Translations under genes and position numbers: made by a program
Assembly: GCA_965116495.1 (NCBI GenBank)
Contig: OZ220696.1
Span: 3,584,001 to 3,648,000, forward strand
Direction of reading: 5' to 3'
DNA: 64,000 nucleotides
Origin: Gammaproteobacteria bacterium
GTDB taxonomy: Bacteria; Pseudomonadota; Gammaproteobacteria; Eutrophobiales; Eutrophobiaceae
Shown here: piece after piece, positions 51,631-61,473 of the stretch
How positions within the stretch are numbered: the stretch's first letter is position 1
Layout: each line of letters starts with the position of its first letter
The notes under the pieces: model-generated
What the model was told of the DNA's origin: nothing
The model's input: only the letters and a program-made list of their open reading frames with translations
The model's database searches: none

Positions 51631-51889
51631 GATGACATTCTCCGTTTCAGTTCAGGTGATGTTTAGAAATAAACAGGACCTGAGTATAGAGCAAATTCAC
51701 TTTTACACAATACCGGCCACACCCGCTCCTAAATTCAGGACACCCATGAATTTCTGGGTTCCGGCTTGCGCCGGAACGACGAGGGCGCCGGAACGACGCG
51801 GGCTGGGCTGATTTGGGACACCCAAAAATTACTTTGCGGGAAGATCAGTGACAGGTTTCAACCTGTCCCAAATTTATGGATGTCCCAAA

Positions 51890-52471
51890 TTACGCGCAGT
51901 CAAACACCCGCGGCACGAACCCCGCGTCATTAACAATACTGGCGCTGTTACCGGTGGCCCGGATGACGAACAAGCCCTGCCGCTCTGCATATAACGCCGA
52001 GTCCTGCTCCACCCGCAAATACGCCACCGCACCATAGACCTGCTTGCCCCGGTATACCGGTTCGTACGCCGTGAATTTATTCAGTTTCTCCAGGAACCGC
52101 GTTACATCATCGGCCTTCAGAGTGGTCTTTACCTCCACAACCACCATCTGCTCGCCGTTCCCGGCCAGGATGTCGAACTCATAATGCTCGCCATTGCGCC
52201 GGCCGCGCACCCGGGGATGCGTAGACTGTACATTGATGCCTCGCGCCTGCAGCAAGGGAACCAGGTCGCCCTCCACCAGGCTCTCCATCAGCTTGCCCCA
52301 CTGGCTGGTGAACAAGCCTGCCAGCTTTTTCATCTGCCGGTCGGTTTGCTTCTGCCGCTTGCGGATTTTTTCCATATCCAGTGTTGCTTTCTCCTGTTTC
52401 TCCGCAATACGGTCCAGGGTGGCCCAGACTTTTTCAGGAGTAGCGGGTTGTTGATATGATTGGTTTTCCAT
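51890..52471 (-). CDS. Coiled-coil plus PD-(D/E)XK protein, copy 4
   Basis: Copy-2-type N-terminus with copy-1-type C-terminus. Confidence 0.8.
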   Translation of the reverse strand: MENQSYQQPATPEKVWATLDRIAEKQEKATLDMEKIRKRQKQTDRQMKKLAGLFTSQWGKLMESLVEGDLVPLLQARGINVQSTHPRVRGRRNGEHYEFDILAGNGEQMVVVEVKTTLKADDVTRFLEKLNKFTAYEPVYRGKQVYGAVAYLRVEQDSALYAERQGLFVIRATGNSASIVNDAGFVPRVFDCA

Positions 52472-52689
52472 GATGACATTCTCCTTTCCAACTCAAGTGA
52501 TGTTCAGAAATAACAGGATCTGAGTATAGAGCAAATCAGCCCCAACGTCGCCCTGAATTACCCCGGCCTGCGTCGTACCGGCGCCCCCGTCGTTCCGGCA
52601 CAAGCCGGAACCCAGGAATTTATGGGTGTCCTGAATTAACGGAAGTTGCAACTAAACAACAACACCCACACCCTGATTATTACCCCACT

Positions 52690-53125
52690 GACTCCCCTCA
52701 AAAACTGTGATATAATCCCTGCCCCATCCGAATACAAAAAACCGCAACAAAAACTTGACGACACATAATTTATTTCTTACTATACTGTTGACAAGAATGA
52801 ACAATCCTGACATATTGCGACCATTTTAAGACAAGGAGGAAGCTGGCGGGTCAAATCCATTATAGACCTGCGCGATTATTTTCTATTATGCTGTTGACAT
52901 AGTTAATGAATATCGGCATATTGCAACAAATCAGCGAAAGTAGTACCATGGTCGGCGAACCATGGGGGGTCCCGGTGACAAGATTTAGTGATTTACTGTT
53001 GACTTGTATCTATAATGAGTGAGATATTTGTGGACAGTGATTATATTTTGTGTAAAAGTGTGTAATAATTAGTAGAAACCAAAGAATTCGTTTACTTCTA
53101 TCTGAAATAACAGGAGAAAAAAGTT
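52690..53125 (+). promoter_or_regulatory. AT-rich upstream region with several sigma70-like elements
   Basis: TTGAC hexamers near 52755, 52788, 52894 and 52998; TATAAT/TATACT boxes; AGGAGA RBS. Confidence 0.5.
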
Positions 53126-56100
53126 ATGGCAACTGTAAAAGAGATGATGATGCAAGATGCGGCTGCAAGCATCGAGACCTCATACATGATGGCTGTCGGC
53201 GATACGTTCGAAGGCAACCTAGACGGCCCGGGAGACTCAGACTGGATAGCGATCGAGCTGGAAGCGGGGACGACCTATGTAATCACTCTAATGGGCGCGG
53301 AAGAAGATGGGGCTGCCGATACCGTCCTGACGTTGCGTGATTCCAAGGGCGGCATGATTGCCATGAACGACGACATCAGATCTGTTGGAACGCCGCGAGA
53401 TGCGGCAGACCTCAACTCACAGGTTATGGTTCGAGTTGAACAGGACGGCACCTATTACATCGACGCCAGCAGCTACAACAGGATCCCCGGCGATGACAAT
53501 TCCGGCGATTACATGGTTACTGTCGAGGCGCTGGACCTGCCTGCGGATATCGTAGGTACCAAAGCCTCAGAGAAGATCGACGGCACAGACGCTTCGGAGT
53601 CAATTCATGGTCTGGAAGGAAACGACACGATCAACGGCATGGGCGGCGACGACGAGATAGACGGCGGCGCTGGCAATGACTTTATCACGGGCGGTCCCGG
53701 CGCCGATAAGATCAGTGGCGGTGACAATGCTCCAGATGATGAAGCTACTACTGAGGTAGATGAATCAGCTTTCGGCGACACCATATCCTACGAATATTCG
53801 CCAATGGGTGTCACCATCAACCTGAATGATGGCACGGCCAGGGGCGGCGATGCCGAGGGCGATGAGTTGGGTGACGACATCGAGAACGTGCGCGGTTCTA
53901 TGCATGACGATACACTGACCGGCACGGATGACCCCAGCAATCCTAACAGGTTGTGGGGTTTGGACGGAAACGACGTTCTCACTGGTAGAGAAGGCCCTGA
54001 CATACTCTCCGGCGGCGCCGGTGATGACATGCTGGACGGCGGCGATGAGGACGATACGCTGGAAGGCGGCTATGGCGCGGATACGCTGACCGGTGGTTTG
54101 GGCGCGGATACCGCCTCCTACGCCGGTTCCATGATGGGTGTCACGGTACGGCTGCATTCCGGCCAGGCCATGGGCGGCGATGCCGAGGGCGATATCTGGG
54201 GCGACATGGTAACCGTGCCGTACACCGTAGCGGCTGAGGATCCCGAGGACCCCGATGTGGAAATGGAGGAGACCGTACCGGATATTATCAATCTGACCGG
54301 TTCTCACATGGCCGATATACTGGCCGGCGATAGCAGGCACAACACTATCATGGGCAATGGCGGCGATGACAAGATCTACGGCGGCCCCGGCGGTGGTGAT
54401 GATGTGCTGCACGGCGGTGACGGCAATGACATGGTGTTCGGCGGCAGGGGCGATGACACTCACCGCGGTGGCGCGGGTAATGACACGCTGCATGGCGGCC
54501 CTGGCGCTGACGATTTTTATGGCGGCGCCGGTAATGACATGATCTATGCGGATCTTGATGATGATGTTATTGACGGAGGAAGTAATCCAGAAGGACATCC
54601 ACCGGATATGGACACCGTCTCATTTGCAAGATTGGTGGATATGAACGTTGGAACGAGTGCAGATGACCCATTTACCCTTGGGGCTCGCGCAGAGGATAGA
54701 ACAATACCCGCTGATGTTGATGCAGTAAACATCGAGCGTGTCATCGGTACGGACGAGGATGATTTTATAACCGGTGCAGATGAGTCAGCAGACGATGAAA
54801 ATGACGCAGGGGAAGAAATCGAAGGCGGCGACGGTGGCGATACGCTTGTTGGCGGCGCTGGTGGTGGTGATACCGTCTCCTACGAAAGTTCCGACCGCCG
54901 CGTGCGGGTGGATCTTGGCGATGGCACTGCCACCGGGGAGGCCGGATCGAGCAACTCCGGCGGTCACGCCACGGGGGACACCATCTCCGGTTTTGAGAAT
55001 ATCAAGGGTTCGGCCCATGGCGACGTCCTGACAGCCTTGGCTGGAACGGCTGGTCAGACCGCCGGCAGCACACTCTGGGGTCTCGGCGGTGATGACTCTC
55101 TGGTAGGCGGCCTTGGTAATGACACCATTGAAGGCGGCGCCGGTGCTGATGAGCTGGATGGTGGGCTTACAAGGGCTACAGCAGAGGATGAGACTACAGC
55201 AAATACCCAGGCCAACACCTTGTCCTATGCCGGTTCGGATGCGGGCGTAACGGTGAATCTGGTTACTTCAACCGCATCAGGCGGTCATGCCGAAGGTGAT
55301 GAAATTGAGACCTACGAACTCACGCTCGGTGAGGGAGACGATGAGACGGAAATCGATGTTGCCACCTTCGTAAACGTGACCGGGTCAATGCATAATGACC
55401 GCTTGACCGGTGATATGTTCGGTAACCATCTCACGGGTGGCGCTGGTGACGACCGCTTGAGCGGTGGCGCCGGAGAGGACGTGCTCTCTGGTGGCCCGGG
55501 CGCCGACAGGCTGGATGGTGGAAGTTCGACGCTGGCGGAAGAAGATGACGAGAACACGACAGATGTCAATGAGGCCACGACTCAGCATGAAGACTGGGCA
55601 GCTTATCGCGGCGCTATGGAAGGTGTTACGGTGAACCTGAACACCGGTATGGGCACCGGTGGAGACGCCATGGGTGACACGCTCAGGAATATCGAATTGA
55701 TATGGGGTTCCATGGCCACGGATAGCGGTGATACGTTCATAGCCAGTGAGGGTGCCGACATCATCCACGGAGATGGCGGTAGTGATACCGTGTCTTACGA
55801 AGCATCGAAGCATGGCGTTAACGTTGTATTGGTGGGTAACGGTGATACTACGTTCACTGCGGCTGCTGATACTGATACTCCGGATGACGAGAGTGGTGAC
55901 ACACCGGATATGTTTATCGCTGCAACTAATGAAATTCTTGGTTTTTGGAGAATGGGCGGAAATGATGCATCTGCTACTGGAGAGAGGCCGACGGCTGTTC
56001 AGCGTGCCGATACGGATACAACGACCAAGAGCTACGCTGAAGGTGACGTACTGGCCAGCATCGAAAACGTAACCGGTTCCCGTTCAGCCGACAAGATTAG

Positions 56101-56752
56101 CGGTGATGGTGTTCCCAATGTCATCAAGGGCGGTGGGGGCAATGATGAGTTGGCTGGCGGCGGGCAGAATGACACGCTGTACGGTGGCGCTGGTAATGAT
56201 ACGTTAGGAACAAGGTCTGAAATAGCAGCAGTGGATGTAAATGGAGACGGTGATACTGATGACCCTGGAGAAGCTGCAATAGCTGCGGTTATAGATGATC
56301 CCGGCGATGACACGATGTACGGTGATGCCGGCAATGATGACTTGTTCGGTGGCACTGGTAATGACACCTTGGACGGTGGTACCGGTGATGATGACTTGAC
56401 GGGTGGCAACGGCGTAGACACTTTTGTCTTCGGCCCGGACAACGGAAGTGACGTGATTATCAGCCTTCAAATCGAAGGGACCGCTGCTACCGCAGTTGGA
56501 AATCGTACTGGTAATGGCGATTACATCGATCTCACAGCTTTTGGGATCAGGGCGGGCGATTTGCCCGATCTCCTCAGTGAGCGAGCTGGCAATGTTATCG
56601 TTAACTTGGAAGACTACGGCGGCGGCAGAATTACCATTCAGGGTACGACAATAGACGCATTATCAACTGACGATTTTGCACTTATCCATAATGATACGAA
56701 TAGTGGTCCTGGCGTGGGTGATGGAGGAGCCGATGGTCTGTTCATCCTCTGA
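53126..56752 (+). CDS. Acidic RTX Ca-binding protein with N-terminal PPC-like domain
   Basis: DSDWIAIEL/DTVLTLRD/NDD PPC motifs, GGxGxD repeats, GVTVNL...GGDAEGD...IENV repeats, C-terminal LFIL. Confidence 0.9.
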   Translation: MATVKEMMMQDAAASIETSYMMAVGDTFEGNLDGPGDSDWIAIELEAGTTYVITLMGAEEDGAADTVLTLRDSKGGMIAMNDDIRSVGTPRDAADLNSQVMVRVEQDGTYYIDASSYNRIPGDDNSGDYMVTVEALDLPADIVGTKASEKIDGTDASESIHGLEGNDTINGMGGDDEIDGGAGNDFITGGPGADKISGGDNAPDDEATTEVDESAFGDTISYEYSPMGVTINLNDGTARGGDAEGDELGDDIENVRGSMHDDTLTGTDDPSNPNRLWGLDGNDVLTGREGPDILSGGAGDDMLDGGDEDDTLEGGYGADTLTGGLGADTASYAGSMMGVTVRLHSGQAMGGDAEGDIWGDMVTVPYTVAAEDPEDPDVEMEETVPDIINLTGSHMADILAGDSRHNTIMGNGGDDKIYGGPGGGDDVLHGGDGNDMVFGGRGDDTHRGGAGNDTLHGGPGADDFYGGAGNDMIYADLDDDVIDGGSNPEGHPPDMDTVSFARLVDMNVGTSADDPFTLGARAEDRTIPADVDAVNIERVIGTDEDDFITGADESADDENDAGEEIEGGDGGDTLVGGAGGGDTVSYESSDRRVRVDLGDGTATGEAGSSNSGGHATGDTISGFENIKGSAHGDVLTALAGTAGQTAGSTLWGLGGDDSLVGGLGNDTIEGGAGADELDGGLTRATAEDETTANTQANTLSYAGSDAGVTVNLVTSTASGGHAEGDEIETYELTLGEGDDETEIDVATFVNVTGSMHNDRLTGDMFGNHLTGGAGDDRLSGGAGEDVLSGGPGADRLDGGSSTLAEEDDENTTDVNEATTQHEDWAAYRGAMEGVTVNLNTGMGTGGDAMGDTLRNIELIWGSMATDSGDTFIASEGADIIHGDGGSDTVSYEASKHGVNVVLVGNGDTTFTAAADTDTPDDESGDTPDMFIAATNEILGFWRMGGNDASATGERPTAVQRADTDTTTKSYAEGDVLASIENVTGSRSADKISGDGVPNVIKGGGGNDELAGGGQNDTLYGGAGNDTLGTRSEIAAVDVNGDGDTDDPGEAAIAAVIDDPGDDTMYGDAGNDDLFGGTGNDTLDGGTGDDDLTGGNGVDTFVFGPDNGSDVIISLQIEGTAATAVGNRTGNGDYIDLTAFGIRAGDLPDLLSERAGNVIVNLEDYGGGRITIQGTTIDALSTDDFALIHNDTNSGPGVGDGGADGLFIL

Positions 56753-56799
56753 TAGTTGAGAGTAAACCAATCTTCCTGATTTCACGGAAGTAAACGACT

Positions 56800-56850
56800 A
56801 CAGGGGCGGTTTAAACGGGGAAACCTGTTTAAACTGGCCCCTGTTTTATT
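56800..56850 (+). terminator. Intrinsic terminator of the RTX gene
   Basis: ACAGGGGC-GGTTTAAAC...GTTTAAACT-GGCCCCTGT followed by a T-rich tract. Confidence 0.8.
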
Positions 56851-56861
56851 TGTACCCCCCA

Positions 56862-56922
56862 GTCGTTCCGGGCTTGACCCGGAACCCAGTCATTTACCGA
56901 GTTACCTATGGATTCCGGCGTT
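56862..56922 (+). repeat. 61-bp direct repeat (second copy at 58178-58238)
   Basis: gtcgttccgggcttgacccggaacccagtcatttaccgagttacctatggattc(c/t)ggcgtt. Confidence 0.85.
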
Positions 56923-57022
56923 CGCCAGAATAACGGGGTAGAGTAATTCAGGACACCCGTAAATTAGATAGCCGTACCTGTAGCCTTCCAGGGTCGGACG
57001 GAAAAAATTGGAGATAAACAAT

Positions 57023-57614
57023 AAAGTATCATGCTTTCATAATTCTAAGTTATTGATTTTATTAGGTAGCGTTTTTGTGATAAAACCGAAAGTATCATAC
57101 TTTGGATTCAATTTAGTTCTAATCTGCTCATTAAACCGAACAAAGAAATCACCCTTGCCTGCACGAGACAACCTGTTCATTACATAAAATAATGAGCAAC
57201 AACGAGTTCACATTTACAAGAAAGCACTCTCTCTGCTACTATTAATCATAAGGTGAACAAAATGAGCGCAATAGACCTCTACCAAGTACTACGCGAGATA
57301 CCAAACGTATCCGAAGAACAAGCCAAACAGGCCGTCAGTGGTCTGGAACAACCAAAAGGCATCAATAACATTGAAGAACGCGTCAAAAATACCGAAGAAC
57401 GGCTGATTAAAGTTGAAACCAAAATCAACTACAGCATAGCCCTCCAGATTGGTATATTCCTAACGGCACTAAGTATTGCTTTTGGATAACCCCGATACTC
57501 ATCAGCATCATAAGAACATCTTAAAAACCTCTTCCGTTCCCTGCTAACAAGAACTGTTGAGCGTCCAAGTTTATCGTACAAAAGTATGATACTTTCTTGT
57601 AGGTATGATACTTC
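57023..57614. mobile_element. Possible small non-autonomous AT-rich element with paired palindromic boxes at each end
   Basis: AAAGTAT(C/G)ATACTTT-like boxes at 57023, 57089, 57581 and 57600. Confidence 0.4.
57262..57489 (+). CDS. Small coiled-coil protein with a C-terminal TM helix (DUF1640/CCDC90-like)
   Basis: LYQVL...VSEEQAK, coiled coil, hydrophobic tail. Confidence 0.6.
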   Translation: MSAIDLYQVLREIPNVSEEQAKQAVSGLEQPKGINNIEERVKNTEERLIKVETKINYSIALQIGIFLTALSIAFG

Positions 57615-57686
57615 TTTGTGAATGAACAAAAATCACGCAACGATATTTGTACAAGTCGGAATAAGCATTATGAACGCCTGCTGCGC

Positions 57687-57868
57687 GGTCGCTTGAGAAT
57701 GGTGGTATTTTTCCAATGGACGCCGTCCACCTAGCCCTTGCATCAACGGCTGATGTCGATTTTTTCTGTACCTGCGACGACGAACTTTTAAGAAAAAGCC
57801 TTTTAGTGTCCGATCTTAAGTGTAATGTAGTATCCATTCTTGATCTGGCTGTGGAGATTTTACAATGA
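57687..57868 (+). pseudogene. 5'-truncated PIN-domain toxin remnant
   Basis: Reads ...PMDAVHLALASTADVDFFCTCDDELL...; upstream in-frame stop; ATGA overlap with the next gene. Confidence 0.7.
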
Positions 57869-58083
57869 GCGCACGTATTCAACCTCTTTCTGAACTGAAC
57901 CAACAGGTAACTGACGCATTGATTCGGGAAGTAGGCGTGGTCGATACCATTCGTTTCCTGAACCAGTACAGAACCGGGTATGGCGATTACACTACAGAGC
58001 GAGAAGGACTGTTTCAGGGCATGACGACGAAGGATATTATCAACGATATCAAAGCTCATCGTAAAGAAAAGGAAGGTAAATAG
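57865..58083 (+). CDS. Small putative antitoxin-like partner of the PIN gene
   Basis: ALIREVGVVDTIRFLNQY..GYGDYT.ER; coupled to the PIN remnant. Confidence 0.7.
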   Translation: MSARIQPLSELNQQVTDALIREVGVVDTIRFLNQYRTGYGDYTTEREGLFQGMTTKDIINDIKAHRKEKEGK

Positions 58084-58245
58084 AAAGAGCAAAAATACCC
58101 AAAGAACACACCCACAAATCCACCCCTTCCGCCATTTCCACGCAAGCGGGAATCCATTTTATATCCAGCCTCATTCTGTCGTTCCGGGCTTGACCCGGAA
58201 CCCAGTCATTTACCGAGTTACCTATGGATTCTGGCGTTATAAGCA

Positions 58246-59556
58246 TTATGAACGCCTGCTGCGCCGGTGCCAAATATCCACGATCAGGGCAATCAGGATC
58301 AAGCCGAATTCGAGTGGGCGCACCCACACCGGATGGGCAAACGGTTCCAGGTTGTAGTTGCCCAGGTTGAGCCCCGTGATATAGGAAAGGAACAGCGCCC
58401 AGGAGGCTGTCCACGCCCAGAAACTGGGATAGACAACGGCGAAGGGCAATAACCAGAGCACATACCAGGGATTGATCACCGGGGCGGCGAACAGGAACAG
58501 ACCGTAAATCCAGTCCCCCCGGGGGATCTCTCCCGGGGTTTCCCGGCGGTAGCGCAGCCAGTAGGCGCTGCCGAGCGCCAGCAGCCCGGCAGCCAGCAGC
58601 AGTTTTGCGTCAGCATCGGGGAGCCATTGTGTCAGCATCCCATACAAGGCCGCGTTGAACTCCCAGGCGCGGGCGAACACAGCCAGGGATGCTGTATCCG
58701 TGCTTCCCTGAAGCAGGAATGGCAGGTACAACAGGGCGAGAACGGCGCCGAACACGAGCCATGCGCGCAGACCTGTGCGCGCCAGGACAAACGGCGCCAG
58801 CAGGAGGGCAAGCATCTTGGCGCCTGCGGCAAGAGCCAGGCAGGCTGCAGCGCTGCAGGCATATTCGCGCCGGCGCAGCAGCACGGCTGCAACGAGCAGG
58901 CAGGCGCCCATGCCGTCCGGATGGGCGGTAAAGGCGATTTCCTTGATAACCAACGGGCACCAGGCGTACAGCAGCACATATCCCGCAGGGGCGGCGGACA
59001 GCAGCAGTCGAATGAGCAGGATATCAAAACCGATGAACAGCAGTTGCAGCGGGACCAGGCTGCCGGCTTTCAGAAAATAGCTCAACAGGAAGGCATATTG
59101 GCTGACAGGCCCGTAGATTGTGGGTAAATCCGGGTAGTTGACCTGGTCCAGGATACGCTGGAACTCGACCGGTACCCCGGGGTCGTTGAAGGAATCCGTC
59201 GGCGCCCAGCCATACGGCGTGCCGGTTTCGGCAAAACGGTATCCGTCCCACAGGTAGCGGAACCAGTCGTCTTCGAACAGGGGCACACCGAACATACCGC
59301 AGCAGCGGAATAATAGCGCCCAGATGATCAGGCGTCCTGCAGGCAGCATCCCGGGCTGATGCCTGAACGCGGCAAACACCACAAGCAGCGGCAGCGTCAC
59401 CCAGCCCAGCAGCAGGAAGAAGCCCGGTAATTCCGGCGCCCAGGCCGTTCCGCGTGAATACCAGGCAAGTGCGGCATAGCCTGTCAGGCACACCAGCCCG
59501 CAAGCGTCTACAACCCTGTTGCGCCCCTGGCTGGTGAGTAAAATATGATCCGGCAC
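58246..59556 (-). CDS. Polytopic GT-C fold (GT87-like) glycosyltransferase (start uncertain)
   Basis: EDDWFRYLWDG, PTIYGP, YAWCPL..E, PVINPWY; many TM helices. Confidence 0.75.
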   Translation of the reverse strand: MPDHILLTSQGRNRVVDACGLVCLTGYAALAWYSRGTAWAPELPGFFLLLGWVTLPLLVVFAAFRHQPGMLPAGRLIIWALLFRCCGMFGVPLFEDDWFRYLWDGYRFAETGTPYGWAPTDSFNDPGVPVEFQRILDQVNYPDLPTIYGPVSQYAFLLSYFLKAGSLVPLQLLFIGFDILLIRLLLSAAPAGYVLLYAWCPLVIKEIAFTAHPDGMGACLLVAAVLLRRREYACSAAACLALAAGAKMLALLLAPFVLARTGLRAWLVFGAVLALLYLPFLLQGSTDTASLAVFARAWEFNAALYGMLTQWLPDADAKLLLAAGLLALGSAYWLRYRRETPGEIPRGDWIYGLFLFAAPVINPWYVLWLLPFAVVYPSFWAWTASWALFLSYITGLNLGNYNLEPFAHPVWVRPLEFGLILIALIVDIWHRRSRRS

Positions 59557-59659
59557 ACTAGTTTTGTAGTACTCTAAAATTTGTGGGTGTCCCGAACTAC
59601 ATCCTGAACTACATTCGTCCTGAACCACATCCGTCATTCCTGCGGAAGCAGGAATCCAG

Positions 59660-59891
59660 TGGGTTCCGGCTCAAGCCGGAACGACGTGGTGGGCTCCTGC
59701 TCAAGCCGGAACGACGTGGTGGGCTCCTGCTCAAGCCGGAACGACGTGGTGGGCTCCTGCTCAAGCCGGAACGACGTGGTGGGCTCCTGCTCAAGCCGGA
59801 ACGACGTGGAGCGCTCTGGGTGCGTTCAGGTTCCAGTCGTAGTAGTCGTGGAGTGCTCAGGGTGCGTTCAGGTTCCAGTCGTAGTAGTCGT
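59660..59891. repeat. Five 30-bp tandem units plus a 42-bp tandem duplication of the DUF547 gene end
   Basis: (ggctcctgctcaagccggaacgacgtggtg)n; 59808-59849 nearly matches 59850-59891. Confidence 0.85.
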
Positions 59892-60684
59892 CGAAGCTGT
59901 TGTAGTTACCCAGGGTTTTGGCCAGTTCGGGTTCTGCATATTTCTTCAGGTGGGCAAGCACACCGGTATCGGTGTTGCCGAAATCGACCTTGTACCAGTC
60001 GTAGATGCTGGAAACCACTAACTTATCACCTTGTACCTGCACACCCCGGGGGTGGTTGACGTAGTCCCTGGCCGTCTGCTCCAGCAGCCTCTCAAGATTA
60101 TCGGAGCGGAATGTCTCCGGATGCAGGTTAGGGCAGCCGATGCTGGCGCAGTTCACCGCGTAGTGAATACGCGGGTCTTTCCATATGGGCCGCAGTATGC
60201 CATGTTCTATCTGGTTCAAGGTCAGTTTCTGGCCCTGCAGGGGAAACAGTTCCAGGTTCCAGGGGCCGAAGTCTATGATGCCGCTCTTGATATCCTTGAT
60301 CGAGTCCACCGGGTAGCGCGGGACGATAACGAAAACGGTCAGCGCATTGTAGAGGTTGATCCAGTAGGCCATCTGTTCATCCCTGGAGAAAGTACGCGGG
60401 TCGATACCGGCCAGGCTCTTCAGATAAGAGGACAGAGTCTTGCGGTCCGCCGCATTGGCTTTCAGAGCGCCGTAGTCAAAGCGGTTGACGCCGGAGGGGT
60501 GGCCGGTTTTCAGGTAGGTATCCAGGAGTGCCTGCCAGGGTGAGTGATCAATGACGGTAGTGCTGGCTTCATCGCTCGTATCCCAGCCGGCGATGAGTTC
60601 CGGTTCGGGGGCCGCATTGGCGGGCATCCAGACGGAAACGGCCAGTGCTGCTAAAGCCAGTGCAGATAAAAGGGTTTTATTCAT
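59857..60684 (-). CDS. Exported DUF547-family protein
   Basis: AYWINLYNA, IEHGILR, DPRIHYAVNCASIGCP, SSIYDWY. Confidence 0.9.
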   Translation of the reverse strand: MNKTLLSALALAALAVSVWMPANAAPEPELIAGWDTSDEASTTVIDHSPWQALLDTYLKTGHPSGVNRFDYGALKANAADRKTLSSYLKSLAGIDPRTFSRDEQMAYWINLYNALTVFVIVPRYPVDSIKDIKSGIIDFGPWNLELFPLQGQKLTLNQIEHGILRPIWKDPRIHYAVNCASIGCPNLHPETFRSDNLERLLEQTARDYVNHPRGVQVQGDKLVVSSIYDWYKVDFGNTDTGVLAHLKKYAEPELAKTLGNYNSFDDYYDWNLNAP

Positions 60685-60691
60685 AATTGAG

Positions 60692-61423
60692 TTACCTGTA
60701 TCGATATTGGCAGTATTGCTGCCAGCGGAGTTTGGCGATCATGCACAGGATGCCCGTGCTGGCCGCGACTGCACCCCGCAGGGTGCCGCTGATCTTGGAC
60801 TTGCCGATACGCACCCGGGTATCCACCGGCACCTCGACCGTTTCCAGACCCTGTTGCATTGCCTTGACCTGCATCTCCACGGTCCAGCCGAAGCGGGTAT
60901 CCGCCATATTCAGTGTGGTGAATGCATCATAGCGGATGGCCCGGTACGGACCCAGGTCGGTTATCCGCTGTCCCCACAGGAGCCGGATCAGGGCACAGAT
61001 TATGCGGTTGCCCAGCGCCTGGCCCGGAGATAAGGCGCCGCGCGCCGGACGGCCCAGGGTACGGGAACCGATGGCCAGGTCGGCGCCTGCAGCAATACAA
61101 TCCAGCAGGTTCGTTACCTGCGCTGCATCAAACGCATGGTCGCCGTCAATAAAAACAATAACGTCCGGTCTCTGCAGTGTCTTTATGGCAGCCAGGCAGG
61201 CGCTGCCGTAACCTGCCTGTTGCTCGTGGACCACGCGGGCGCCGGCGTCCCGCGCGCGCAGTGCCGTCATATCGTTGGAACCGTTATCACAGACAACCAG
61301 GTCGTCTACCACCGGCGTATTGTCTGCATTGCGCAAAGACCGCAATTCGCGCACGACCATACCAATGGATTGTTCTTCGTTCAGAGCCGGTATCACTACT
61401 GCGACACTCATGTTGTTATACAT
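60692..61423 (-). CDS. Family 2 glycosyltransferase
   Basis: IPALNEE, DNGSND, GYGSAC, FIDGD, TDLGPYRAI, GWTVEMQ. Confidence 0.9.
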   Translation of the reverse strand: MYNNMSVAVVIPALNEEQSIGMVVRELRSLRNADNTPVVDDLVVCDNGSNDMTALRARDAGARVVHEQQAGYGSACLAAIKTLQRPDVIVFIDGDHAFDAAQVTNLLDCIAAGADLAIGSRTLGRPARGALSPGQALGNRIICALIRLLWGQRITDLGPYRAIRYDAFTTLNMADTRFGWTVEMQVKAMQQGLETVEVPVDTRVRIGKSKISGTLRGAVAASTGILCMIAKLRWQQYCQYRYR

Positions 61424-61473
61424 GCCGTATCAAACCCCGCGCACGGACCTGCCACTGTGATGGGTAAGCGGGC

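Noticed and set aside
49543-52471. Diversity-generating retroelement or integron
   Set aside because: No reverse transcriptase or IntI in the window; differences are block-like rather than adenine-specific, and no attC GTTRRRY/RYYYAAC structure was recognised.
59660-59810. Possible CRISPR array
   Set aside because: Units are adjacent and near-identical with no unique spacers, and there are no cas genes in the window.
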